DNA of 63,065 nucleotides, the filler included. It is 6 parts of 6 records of this genome, joined end to end, with 100 filler letters (N's around TTAATTAATTAA, not from the genome) between each part and the next. Parts side by side here need not be neighbours in the genome. Positions count along the whole stretch, not along the records: positions 52,076 to 57,759 come from SRR2962707_2208; positions 57,860 to 63,065 come from SRR2962707_2218; 4 more parts are not named here. One strand, written 5' to 3'. The notes beneath the pieces were generated by a model. That model did no database searches, had not been told where the DNA came from, and saw only the letters and a program-made list of their open reading frames with translations. Of the stretch, positions 52,105 through 63,065 are shown one piece after another (the stretch's first letter is position 1; each line of letters opens with the position of its first letter). Both the position numbers and the translations under genes were made by a program.

Positions 52105-52175
52105 CTACACGCGGAAAACACACAACGCAGGTCGATGGCAATTTTTTGACAATAAGTCGAGGCAGAGGCACGTAC

Positions 52176-55100
52176 CGATTTTGATCTTCGGGGTGCTCGC
52201 GGGTTCAGTATAGCCTTGATTGTGTCCAGCATCTCTGCATATTCCGCAACGTTCGTATCGAGTTGTTCAACAGAAATTCCGAACAGATCCAGCTGACCCT
52301 GATTTCGGCGCAAGTTCCCAATTCCTAGAGTAAATTCAACAAACTGGGTCGTATTGCTACTGTCCGAATCAAACAACAACGCTGTTGCCATCAAAAGCCT
52401 GGATCTCTCCTGTGCCAGGTTCAACAAGTGACACCAGCAGGGAAGAAAAAAGCTCAAAATCATGCCCACCGACAGAGGGCACCAACACAGTGGGGTACAG
52501 CTCCGCCATGAAACGAATGCATACCTTGTCGTTTTCGTCGTTCCCATCGCCACCAAATACACGTTCCAGCGACTCCGCCTCATGCCGATATATTGAAGTG
52601 CGAGTTCGAGTCAGACGGGCCTCATCGCGGGCCTTGGTTGGGATGTGGAACGCAACAAGCGTTGAAAGAACGAGCTTAATATTGTTGAGTGGGACTTCTC
52701 CGTCGCCGGGCATGCCCTGCCCAGGTTTGCGCGGCATCTCGTCTGCGTGGTCGTAGATTGCTCGAAGTTGCGGAACCTTGTAAAGGCGGCGGCCGTAGAG
52801 TGGCAGTGGCGTCAAGGAAAATAGTCCAAGGAATGCAATCGATCGTCACGGCCAGTATTGGATCATTCAAATCAAGAAAATAGCGGCACTCCATCAATCA
52901 CCGTTCAAAGCAGCGAATTCCAAACACGAGAAAAAAAACACAAAAACTCTTCTGGACAAACCTGTGACACGCTAAGCCCATGTGCCATTTCGTCCTGATC
53001 AGCACCACAGTGGGAAATAATGTCCCTGAGCGTTCTCTCGCGTTGTACAATGTCGGGCTCTTTGTTAATTGTTGAGAGCAAGAACTTGACCCACACCAGG
53101 CCACAGAGAGACAGTGCCAACCACACCAGGCCGTATGGCGCATGGTTAAAGCTCCAGTTGTTGTAATTGGCATCAAAACAGTATGTCTGACCCACGTTAA
53201 GAGCGTCCCCTGTTGTTCCATCTGCGTAAACAGCCGGGTTCTGCTCATGTACAGAGGGATACGAAGAGCATGAAAGATTAACACATTGTGGACGAAGCAT
53301 CACACACTGGACAATATGTGGCTTCAGTTCACAAAGCAACGCATACGCGCACGCACCTGGCACTGCATCATTTCAAGGATAGTGAACGAGAAGTAACTGA
53401 AAACAATCGGAATTGCCAGAAACTGTGACACAGTCATTGACCACCGCCACGCCTGCACGGACAAAGGCCCAGTGTAGGGCAGCACAGTATACTTTGATGC
53501 CGACAGCATTCCGGTCATTTCGGCGACCAGGTCCAGGAATAAGCCGATGAAACAAATTGGAATCAGCAGCGGAAAGAACATGGAGAACAACATCACAGAT
53601 GCTGCGTGGGAGACGACCTTGATGTGGCTAATAGCGCCATCACAGTCATGGAGTTGATTCATGTTCGCGATGCGCAGCAGTTCATCTTGATCATAGCCAC
53701 GCAGGTTGGTGACAGTCGCAATATTCGCCAGCAATGCCATAGTGCTTTGTCGGTGTGCTGGACCAGGTCTTTTACTCCGGATCACTTCATCAGTATCACA
53801 GTCTCCAGAATCCAGAACGGGCCCCATATTCCCGCGAGGACGCAAGCCCGCGTCACTCACTCTTCGCTTGCGAGTCCTCTCTGCAGTAAGGACTGCTTCT
53901 TCCAGCGTGCTGCTGAGCGTACGATGGGGCAAAGCTCCCGAGTCCTCGGGCTGATTGTCCTCTGGATTGTTTTTGCTTTCCTCTCCGCCGTGACGCGCGT
54001 CTGCGTTGGTAGAAATACTGGCTGGGAAGATAAGCTCTTTGCTGTTCACTGCAACCGCGTCATGCCCCTCTTCAACAGCGGCATCACTCGAATCCGTGTC
54101 AGATACGTGTTGCCGCGACGTTCCTGACATTGGAGTCAGCTCGACGCCCTCACTGGGGAGGTCACTACTTGTTTCACGACTTCCTTGGTTCACATTGCCA
54201 CTTTGTCCGCTAAAATAAGTCGAAGCAGCGACACCGGAGCTGGTTTCCCGGGCGATCCACACACCTGTCTCGTCATTCACGTCCTGCGAGTACCGCCGTA
54301 AGATTTCAGTGTGCTCACGAGCACCCTCAGTGTAGCCATCAAGATTCGGCTTGTGCGTGTCATTTGCGAGCGTATGCGTGCCGCAGCATACGCGGCAGCA
54401 ATAGTAGTTGTCTTGGAGCCCGCGGCAGCATCTGCGCCGGCGGCATCGCTGGCATTTGAGGAACATTGTGGGAAAAAAGCCACACCAAAACATCATCGTG
54501 AGGAAGTTCAATCGAAGCAGGACTAAGTCGAATGTGAGCCCAACCCATTCGCCGGTAATGAGCACATTTGTAGGGTTCCATACCCCCAACGCGATGTCAA
54601 AGTCATTGAAGGGAATTTGATACCAGAAGTCCACGAAACCTTGGTACCTTCGCAACGTTGTTGATTGATTGCCGTTGCAGCATCTATCAAACGGGCACTA
54701 TGATTGACGCCTTTGGCTCGACAGCAACGTCATGAATGACAAGCGAACACGTACGGAAAATTCTCTGCGTCGGGGTCAATTTTTAACGAAACAACAGTGT
54801 TGTCCTCCGGGTGAGCGACCGCTCGAACCGTGGCGTTCATGCAAATTTCGACCTCTTGATGCATGATCGCTGGGCCGAAGCGCACCAGGATAAACACGAT
54901 CATGATGTTGAACCAGAAGACATCGATGAAGTAAGCAACGAAGTGCCGCTGAGTGTACAGGGCGTTGTACTTTTCCAGAGTAGCCCAGTTTTCTAAGCGT
55001 GTGAGATACCTTGTGCAAGCACGCATGCGCAAAAGTCCGACAAAACTGAACGACCAGGACATCTACCACGCGTGCACGAGAAGTTACGAGGCAACTCGAC

Positions 55101-57759
55101 TTGCCCACCTGATAAGTGCTTCATAAATACCCTGGAAGATGCTGGAGATGGGCCGCATGAGCAAAACGGTGAACAGAATGAAGGGAATGAACGGTGACCC
55201 AACCCCCGTGCCGTCATTCGCTTCAGTTGCAGGCAAGAGACCGCGCGGATTGTCCCAGCATGTGTCCCACCACATAAAAACTTGGTTGCACACGGTCGGA
55301 AAGCAATTCCGCTCTTTGGAAATGTTGTTCAAATTGGTCCAACCAAAAGCGAATTCTTCGTACGAGCGGTTACGGACAAAATCACTTTCCACACCGTACC
55401 TGATGACACATGAAATGCGGAGAAGGCAGTCCGTCGAAACGGGAGGCACAAGTTGGCAACGCAATGCACAGGCAGACAGCATCCCTGGCAGTTTTGACTA
55501 CACAACGGGTTTATGCGCCAGCACTCACCAATATCTATCATACGGCATGATCATTGTATTGTTGAAACTCTCCGGGCCTAAGTTTACCATCTGAAGCATT
55601 TGGTGGCAATCTTCACACGGTGGAAGAGTCATCTGCATTTTGCAGTTGTGAGGGCGCATCAGAACCATCGAACAGGAATGACACGAGAGGCACCGATGCA
55701 ACGCCTTTGCGAGGCGAGGAATTCAGTGAGTGGAGCAAAAGGAGCACACCTACCTGATGAGAGCCCCACACAGCAAACAACGTTTGATCCAGCATTGCCA
55801 AGATGATGAAGAAGCCGGCGAGAGGCAAAAAAATACTTTTGACAAATGGCCGGCATGTTGTTTGATACTCCCGCACTTTGCGACGCAACCGTGCGTCGTA
55901 AACCCATTCGTATTCTGGGTCATGAGGATTTTCATACCTGAACGGAAACGTGCCGGCCAAGAGGGCATCAGCAAAAAACGTGAAGGAGACGACTTACCCA
56001 AACAAACAGGCAAGCGGCGTGATTGCAGCTGTCAGAACTGTCCACGGCTGCAGCGGCACAGCAACGCAAACTCACAATTGGTCTGTGTCACCAAGATTCC
56101 AACGAACAACCAGAACAGCGTATTGGCGGTCCCAGAACCGCAAGTATAACGGGGCCCAAATCAGCAGGACGGCCAATCCCACACAACCTCGAAGAACCGC
56201 GTCGAAGAAAGGGTCAAGATAGATGATTGGCGCTAATGCCAGCGGCGAGCAAATGCATGTAAGAATGAAAAGGTTCACGAGAGTGTATGCCCCAAAAGCA
56301 AAAAATATTGCCACCTCATTTCCGTGGTGGTAGCGAACCTGGCGAGGTCCCCAAGAACAACCGCCGCACCCAAGCACAGCGCGCGCACGCAAACACAGCG
56401 GAATGTAAGCACCGACGCCAATAAAGCAGGTAGCAGCATACTGGATACGAAGAAAACACTAGCTCTAGCCTGACGATACGTAACTCACTTCATCGCAAAA
56501 CCGCAGCATTGGGTAGTGGTCAAACTTCGTGACTTTGCAGCAAAGGCCGCAAAATAACTCTCTCCAGAACATGTGCCACAAGTGGTGGTTCACGCGCTTA
56601 TCGTGCAACGGAAACACCTGCTGGATAATGTTGTCGGCTTTGCCCGGTTCACCCGCAAGTGTCAATGGTTTTCGAAGAAGCTGCTTGCTCTCTCCAGGGT
56701 GAAGTCCATCGCTTTCATCGGGGGAACCTTGGACTTCAAGCAAATCGTCGTCTGTCGGTCGAAACGGGTCATAGCTCCGAGCAGGGTAGCACCCCAGGCA
56801 GCACTCGAACGAATTCTTGAGGCACTCGAAGCAGGAGGTACGATTGATTACGTACTTCTCCTTATCGCCCTGATGCACGCGCAAGACTTCGAGGGCGCGA
56901 TTTATGATTCGTTGCGTAAGAAGAATTTCGTCAGCAGGGGCCATCCTGAATCTGAGACTTCCGTGCGCTGAAACATCGCCACTGGAAGGAGTATCCCCCT
57001 TGTGCAGATCACTTGTCTGGCCAACACTGAGCATGCGAAGACTTGTTTCCGTGTTCTTGGTGTCTTGTTCCTTTAGCAGTGCCTGCGGAGTGGCCTTTAG
57101 GCCAATCAATACGACACCTTTCGCCGCCATCAGCATGCTCTCTGGCATCATGACGCAGCGCAAACCAGCTACAGTCAGCTGGTTAATCACCATAGCGTGA
57201 AGCGCCGTCACCTCAATATGGCGTGACTTCCAGTACCTTGTCTTGGACAGTACCATGCAGAAAGTTGACTCAGTGGCCTGACGGTGTCGATTTGACGGCT
57301 GATGCCAGCCAAGCGCTCGGTCGGTTTCAGACTCCGAATCGGCAACACCTCCGGGCCCATACTGCTGTGGATTGACAGTGAATGCGCCTTTCGCCTCCTC
57401 CGCAGAAATCTGCTGCGCCTCAATGAACGCCAATAGCAAATTCTTCTTCTTGCGGCGCTTTTCTTTTTTCACACCCTTTTCCACATCTCGAAGCACATTG
57501 CGCCGGTCGCTCTCCGCCTTGGCTGACGATGCAGGGCTGCCATAAGTCTTCTGCAGCAGCCACCCAGATCTCGTTTGTGGAAGTCGCGTTTGCGAAGCAT
57601 GGGCCACCGTGTTGTGGCGGTCGTGCGCGGGAGACCTGTAGTCTTCGTCGTCGTCGCCCTCGTCCCCGGCGTCGTCGTTGGCATTCCCCGCGTTTTCGTC
57701 GGTCCTTTTCTTAGGTCCAGCCTTGTCATCCATATCATCATCATCATCATCATCATCAT
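52176..57759 (-). CDS. Anoctamin/TMEM16-like membrane protein with C-terminal EF-hand-like pair; at least 10 exons, both ends probably truncated
   Basis: Exons >57759-56489, 56338-56076, 55937-55754, 55590-55529, 55399-55109, 55009-54755, 54683-53357, 53240-52962, 52776-52525, 52409-52176 (GT-AG, phases consistent). Motifs FPLHD, DE|VRYHHGNEVAIFFAF..YT, FWDRQ..RW, LTRLENW.T..Y, LFSMFFPL, QAW, DSDSSNTTQFVEF. Confidence 0.82.
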
Positions 57760-57859
57760 NNNNNNNNNNNNNNNNNNNNNNNNNNNNNNNNNNNNNNNNN
57801 NNNTTAATTAATTAANNNNNNNNNNNNNNNNNNNNNNNNNNNNNNNNNNNNNNNNNNNN
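57760..57859. other. Artificial contig spacer
   Basis: N44-TTAATTAATTAA-N44. Confidence 0.99.
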
Positions 57860-58781
57860 GAGAGAGTGTGAGAGTATCGAGAGACAGAGGAGCAACGAGA
57901 CAGGAGCCCGCTGCACGAAAGTCTGGTCGCACGTCCTCTTCTCACAAAGAAACGGCTTGCAGGTAGATAGACCATAGCAGCTGCAAAATGCCACAGATTA
58001 CCGGTATTCTACGGTATGGCAACGGTAAGTTTCCAGTTTCCAGCAAGCGCAGTGGCAGCGCAGCGTCTGGCTCGCTTACTGTCACTCACACACACACCCA
58101 CGACTGCCTCGCACGGTCACTCACACGCTTTTGTTCATTACTATGGCTTTTTATGAAATCAGAGCAACGCAAACCATCGCAACCAATGTGACTTTACAGT
58201 CGCATTTAAAGCTATGGAATGTGCGAAATGCGTGTCTGGGCACAGGCACTTACTTCGACTTCCTTGCTTCAACCACCTTACGACCTCTCTCACTCTCACG
58301 CTCTCGCTCACTCTCTCTCGCTCACTCTCTCTCACACGAACTCTCTCTCACACGAACTCTCTCACTCCTTCGCGCGCTCCTCGCCGCAACCGCTGGGTTG
58401 CAGGTTTAGGATTTTGGACTCTTTGAAGGCAAGGAGAGAGAATTGAGTGGTATTGCAGCGAGCAGTTGCGGGGAGTTTGGCAAGCAGAGCTGGTTTTTCG
58501 TTTTTTTTGGCCTCGTTTTCAACTTTGTGCACCTTTTGCTTGAGTCCTGTGCAAAGTGAACAGCACGGTCGACACGGGCAGAGTGTCCTTCGCGGTCCCT
58601 GACTTGGCATCGAGAAAAAAAGAGTCTCCTCGACTTGGGACCCGTTTGTCTGTGCGTCCTTCGCGGGGCATGCGCGAGTATTGTTGGTATCGGGCGACAG
58701 GGGCAACTTTCATTCCACCAGGCAACCAAACAAGTAACCAGACCTGGGAAGAGTGAGTGAAGCAAGACAACGAACCACAGG

Positions 58782-59855
58782 ATGGCCGATGCGCACACTG
58801 GGCACTTGTTTGCCCACTTAACGAAGTTGTCCCACGAGGAGCTTGCAGAATTGATCAGATTGCTGAGGGGGACTAACTTTGGGCCATACGCAGAAGCCTT
58901 TTTGAAAGACGGAATTTCCGGAGAAGACTTTGCCCCAAGCTTGGAAGCTGCTTGTGAGGAGAACCGATTTCGTCCCATATTGGAATTTTTTGGCGACATC
59001 AATCTCAGTATTTCGATATTTGCTGCGCGAAAGCTGTGGAATCATTTGCGTCTCCCTGTTGATTTCGAGCAGTTGAGATCAAACTTGCGTTCGAAGGAGC
59101 GGCCACTTCACCCTCACCACGTCCCCCAACCACAGCAGCAACATCAGCCTCCGAACCAGCACGGTGCAGCCCAGTTTCAAGCGTACCCACTGCCACAACA
59201 ACAGAAGCCGCATACCCTTCCTGCCAATAGATCTCTTCACTTTCAACAAGATGTGCATTCAAGGTTGCCGGCGACGCAAGCGCAGCCGGCACCGCCCACC
59301 ATGCAAGCCCAAGGCTCTGCCGTGAAACGAAAAAATAACGCTACTGATTCGGCGTTTAACAAAGGACACTCGAACGATGTTTTTTTGCGACCGGTTGGCA
59401 TGCGTTCCATGGCCACTTCTTTGCACGCGGCGAACGCTGGGTTGCAACAATCGCAGTACCAACATCGAGGAGCAGCTCCCCAGCAAGCGGCATCTCACTC
59501 TCTAGGTACAACGTACCACCATGATGTTCACCAGCAAGTATCGCCGCACGTGCACCCATCTCGCGACGCAAATGCCGAGCTGAACCAGCAACAAAGGCGA
59601 TCTCCTTCGCAGTCTGATCAACAACAGATGCCACCGTCACCAGCGAACAAGCAGCCACGGCGGACAGATGGTGTTCACCTGTCAACCACCACATCAACCA
59701 CTGGCTCACAACGAACTTCGTCGCACCGGCTTTTGGACGGCACACTCCTTGACGACATCACACCCAGCGTCGAATTGATCAATGAATTTGCCCGCTCCAA
59801 CGTTGGTGACAGGACGGTCAAGATTTTTATCCCCAAACCTCGGAGCCGGCATTGA
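58782..59855 (+). CDS. Eukaryotic hypothetical protein: SAM-like N-terminal domain plus Q/P/H-rich region (may continue in further exons)
   Basis: LSHEELAELI...YAEAFLKDGISGEDF...ISIFAARKLWNHL resembles a SAM domain; 357-aa ORF; downstream exon structure unresolved. Confidence 0.55.
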   Translation: MADAHTGHLFAHLTKLSHEELAELIRLLRGTNFGPYAEAFLKDGISGEDFAPSLEAACEENRFRPILEFFGDINLSISIFAARKLWNHLRLPVDFEQLRSNLRSKERPLHPHHVPQPQQQHQPPNQHGAAQFQAYPLPQQQKPHTLPANRSLHFQQDVHSRLPATQAQPAPPTMQAQGSAVKRKNNATDSAFNKGHSNDVFLRPVGMRSMATSLHAANAGLQQSQYQHRGAAPQQAASHSLGTTYHHDVHQQVSPHVHPSRDANAELNQQQRRSPSQSDQQQMPPSPANKQPRRTDGVHLSTTTSTTGSQRTSSHRLLDGTLLDDITPSVELINEFARSNVGDRTVKIFIPKPRSRH

Positions 59856-61149
59856 GGATCGGCTAACCAGCTAGCTCTCGGAAGCTGATAATATCGAAAA
59901 AAAAAATGACCATATCTAGTGACTCTCGGTCGCTGCCTGCATGTCTCTCCGTGTGGTGGCAGTGATTGTTATGCATGTCATGTACATGTATGCACCAACG
60001 ACCATCGTCAAAAGTCTGATTTTTGCAGGCAAAGAGCTTATCCCTTCCGGTATACATGCGAGTAAAGTCTCAAGCTGGTTTCACGTCATGCGGTTTGCTT
60101 ACAATTGCGCGAACACCCGAAGATCACTCTCGTGCGCCACCTGCGAGAACATCTATTCTCCGGTTCCGGCTCTCGATGCCTTTGGGGCGAGGGGCTTGCT
60201 TTACCATTCGCGCCATTGAGGGTTAATGATTTACCCAAAGCCCACTCCACACAATCACGCCACTTTACAAGTAACTATGACATCAGTCTGAACGGCGCTT
60301 CTTACCGCTCCAATAGTTGCTACTTTGGGAGAAACAACTACACACTGCGAATGATTGAACAAGCGACTGCGATGGACCCCTCGAAATTACGGGTTTCCAT
60401 GTGAAGAAATTGAAGCTTCGAAACAGTTTTTGACTGGCCATTCAACTGGGCACTTTTTTGGAGACCACCGGCAATATTTGCGAGGTGGGCGACGGCCTAA
60501 AAGTGCAAAACAAACGTCAGTGGGCGATAGGTTGCTTTGGACTCCATGTTGTACAGACACGAATGAGTACCTCACAAACGCACCACCCCCACCGGTTCCC
60601 TTCGCTGGTCATCGATGCGAAACAGCCTGAGCACAATCTTTTCATACGCAAACGTGTCAGGAACGCTCGCGAGTTTGAACGCGAACCGGTTGGCTTCGAG
60701 AGTCTAGGGAGCAACCACGACGGAAAATGTAATGCTGTAGGGAAAAAAAGCATTCTCGATGTGGCAACAAAACACAAGGGATTGATAACACGAACAGGGG
60801 AACTGGATGCCACGAGAGACTCGACTCGGCGGGGCACCGGGTCAACGATGAGAATTGGACGACCCTGCGCGTGAGCAAAAATGAAACAGATGCCAGACGG
60901 CTCAACACCACTGCAACTTTTGAGCAAAGCATTCACATTGAGACGCACAGATGAATGCTCGTTTTCAACTCAACTGACCTTGGACCGTGACTTGTCGCCA
61001 GCAATGCGTAAGACAATAGCACACTTGAAAGGTTTGCGAAGTCGCAAATCCGACAGCTACAGGCGTGCGCACACATTCAACAGACATTCACACACGCCAC
61101 GACTGCTTGGAACATACATACATCATGCAGGCGCTTCGTCTTCCATGCA

Positions 61150-62778
61150 TCACAGCTGACAAACCTGGACCACTAATTGCACGGACGATGCCACTTGGCG
61201 CCTCCCTGTAACGCTGCGCTTGGTTTCAAGCATATCTTCATGCACAGAGCCATCTGCCACGAAACGAGCTGATCCAAAGGGCTGCTGCTCAGAGCTCAAT
61301 GCACCAGGAAATCCGCTGGTTTTTTTGTGCTGCACACTGCGCGCGGTTTGCGCCGACTCCTGACGAAGCGCTGCCGCCTTCAATTGCTGTTTTTGCTGCT
61401 CTTGTTGCTGCAAAAGCATGTATTGCTGCATCATTTGTCTCTGCTGCAGCATTTGTTGTTGCAATAACGACTCCTGAAGCATTTGCTGACGGTACACCAT
61501 CATGCTCTGTTCATACGATAAATCCGCGTTGCTTGCTTGTTGATCTTGAGCCTGCTCTCCAACCATGTCAAACGTAAAGTACGTCGGCTGCTTCGACGGC
61601 CTCTTGGAGTCACCACGAGCAGCAACTGCGGCATCACGCCCCATATCCAAACTCATGCCACGGGGTGCAGAAGGCGGGGAATGACAAGCAGCTTCTCGTG
61701 AATCAGATAGGCGGAACTTGCTGTCGGATTGACTTGAAGCGCTAAAAGTTGGCAGCGAGGCTACGCTTTTCAGGCGCGCATGACCGCCACCATCCCGTAC
61801 ATTGCGACTGGCGCCCACATTTGGCAGCAGAACATTCGAACCGGATAATTGAATGCGTGGCTTGCGTCGGATATTCGGGCTGCCAGTAGGGCTGGTAACG
61901 GGACTTTCGTCAATCGCAGAACGAAATATCCCTCTTACGTTCGTTCCTTCCGGCAACGGACTGACTTTGCCCCGGGAACCGTGGGAACCGTTGCTGTCCA
62001 CTTCAATTTTTCCGATTCGACGCTGACCCAGCTCACGTCGCCCTTCACTAGGAGGACGCCGCGGAGAGGGGCTTTTCGGGCCAGCAATTGCGGTCGGGGA
62101 TGACGATAAAAGGCTGGATGCTGCCACAGACAGGTGCTCTGCGCTGCCAGCTCCCCGACTAGGGCGGTGTCCGTCGCTGTTGCTCAGCTGGCCATCATCG
62201 TCGCTGTCCCTGTCTCCACGGCAATTGAGTTGTTTCAGAAAGTCTCGCGCTTTGCGAGACGACTGCTCGAAAGCCTCCTTCGTACCAAACATGGAACTCG
62301 CCTGTCGGGCGATTTCGTCGCGCTGAGCCGAGCGCAAGTCCTGAAACGTTCGGCGCAAATGGCGCGGGGGGCCATTCAACGACTTGATCCTGTTGCCATT
62401 TCCTTTCAGCGGCGGGGGGCGAAAATGCTGAGGCATGGTGCTGTTGGCTGCATCGCCGGCTGCACTTGCTGCAGCAGCCATGGTCTTCGCGTCACCAAAA
62501 CCGGTTGCAAGCGCCCGCTCTTGCTCCCACGTAATCGCGTTTGACGGGAGGGGTGCATCAGGACGCCGCGGCCGCACCTCTCTCGCTTCGATCGACTTCG
62601 ACTGGGAAGGCAGCGAGTTGACGTCCATCCCCTGCGGAGTGTGCGGCATTTTTCGCAAGAGATCCGCCACATCGCGCGGTGGGGGGTCGTGTTGCTGCTG
62701 CAAACGCGCTTGCTGCAGCGCTTCCATCAGAGCCGCTACACGGCGCAAACGGTCTTTTCGGCAGACTGCAAGGATCAA
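61150..62778 (-). CDS. Eukaryotic low-complexity protein exon (S/P/R-rich, polyQ coiled coil)
   Basis: 542-codon open frame with QQQMLQQRQMMQQY tract; no recognisable domain; boundaries uncertain. Confidence 0.55.
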   Translation of the reverse strand: MILAVCRKDRLRRVAALMEALQQARLQQQHDPPPRDVADLLRKMPHTPQGMDVNSLPSQSKSIEAREVRPRRPDAPLPSNAITWEQERALATGFGDAKTMAAAASAAGDAANSTMPQHFRPPPLKGNGNRIKSLNGPPRHLRRTFQDLRSAQRDEIARQASSMFGTKEAFEQSSRKARDFLKQLNCRGDRDSDDDGQLSNSDGHRPSRGAGSAEHLSVAASSLLSSSPTAIAGPKSPSPRRPPSEGRRELGQRRIGKIEVDSNGSHGSRGKVSPLPEGTNVRGIFRSAIDESPVTSPTGSPNIRRKPRIQLSGSNVLLPNVGASRNVRDGGGHARLKSVASLPTFSASSQSDSKFRLSDSREAACHSPPSAPRGMSLDMGRDAAVAARGDSKRPSKQPTYFTFDMVGEQAQDQQASNADLSYEQSMMVYRQQMLQESLLQQQMLQQRQMMQQYMLLQQQEQQKQQLKAAALRQESAQTARSVQHKKTSGFPGALSSEQQPFGSARFVADGSVHEDMLETKRSVTGRRQVASSVQLVVQVCQL

Positions 62779-63065
62779 GGTGTTGCCATTGAAAATTCAG
62801 TCAACTCACACTACAATGCAATGCCGCCTCCTACGCAGAAGCATTGACGAGGCATTGGTTGCCACTGCAGCACTCACGCGTAGTAGCAGCAGTAGCAAGA
62901 AAGAGCAATAAACACGATCAAAAGAGCTTGGAAGCAACCAACAACTGCGCTACTGAGCAGGGAGGGAGGAATGCGGAGGCCTACGGACGAAGGAGCAAGA
63001 GAGGGAGACGAATCGACAGAAACGGAATGAAAATCAAAGAACTGAAACAGTAAAAAAAAAAAAAA

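Noticed and set aside
1..63065. CRISPR arrays, tRNA/rRNA, IS elements, prophage or defence genes
   Set aside because: No spaced direct repeats, RNA-gene signatures or transposase/integrase motifs seen by eye. Small structured RNAs could be missed without a covariance-model search.

Overview
This window is not one locus. It is six unrelated contigs joined by artificial 100-nt spacers (N44-TTAATTAATTAA-N44). Contig 1 (1-20320, alphaproteobacterium) carries a Pho-box-preceded phytase-like/alkaline-phosphatase gene missing from the ORF track, a GGDEF-EAL protein, an Agt-like glycosyltransferase, a self-sufficient CYP116B-type P450 with a divergent IclR, an FNR-box-preceded site-2 protease/DUF374 pair, and a LysR-flanked methylated-amine cluster (two GcvT-family flavin dehydrogenases, non-pyrrolysine MttB, NAD-dependent dehydrogenase). 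Contig 2 (20421-38568, probably Rhodospirillales-like) is a flagellar cluster (fliG-fliH-fliN-motA-flbD-flhA-flhF-flhG-fliK-like; fliI-fliJ). It also contains a QueF-like gene lacking the catalytic motif and an unknown gene with its own sigma-54 promoter, followed by four metabolic/envelope genes. Contigs 3-6 are intron-containing eukaryotic (probably protist) DNA: a complete 11-exon tripeptidyl peptidase II gene, a ~1866-aa protein with 31 four-cysteine modules between coiled coils, an anoctamin/TMEM16-like gene with a degenerate membrane Ca2+ site and a C-terminal EF-hand pair, and two low-complexity genes. All calls come from manual reading and motif recall; no database searches were run. 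I saw no CRISPR array, rRNA, tRNA or mobile element.
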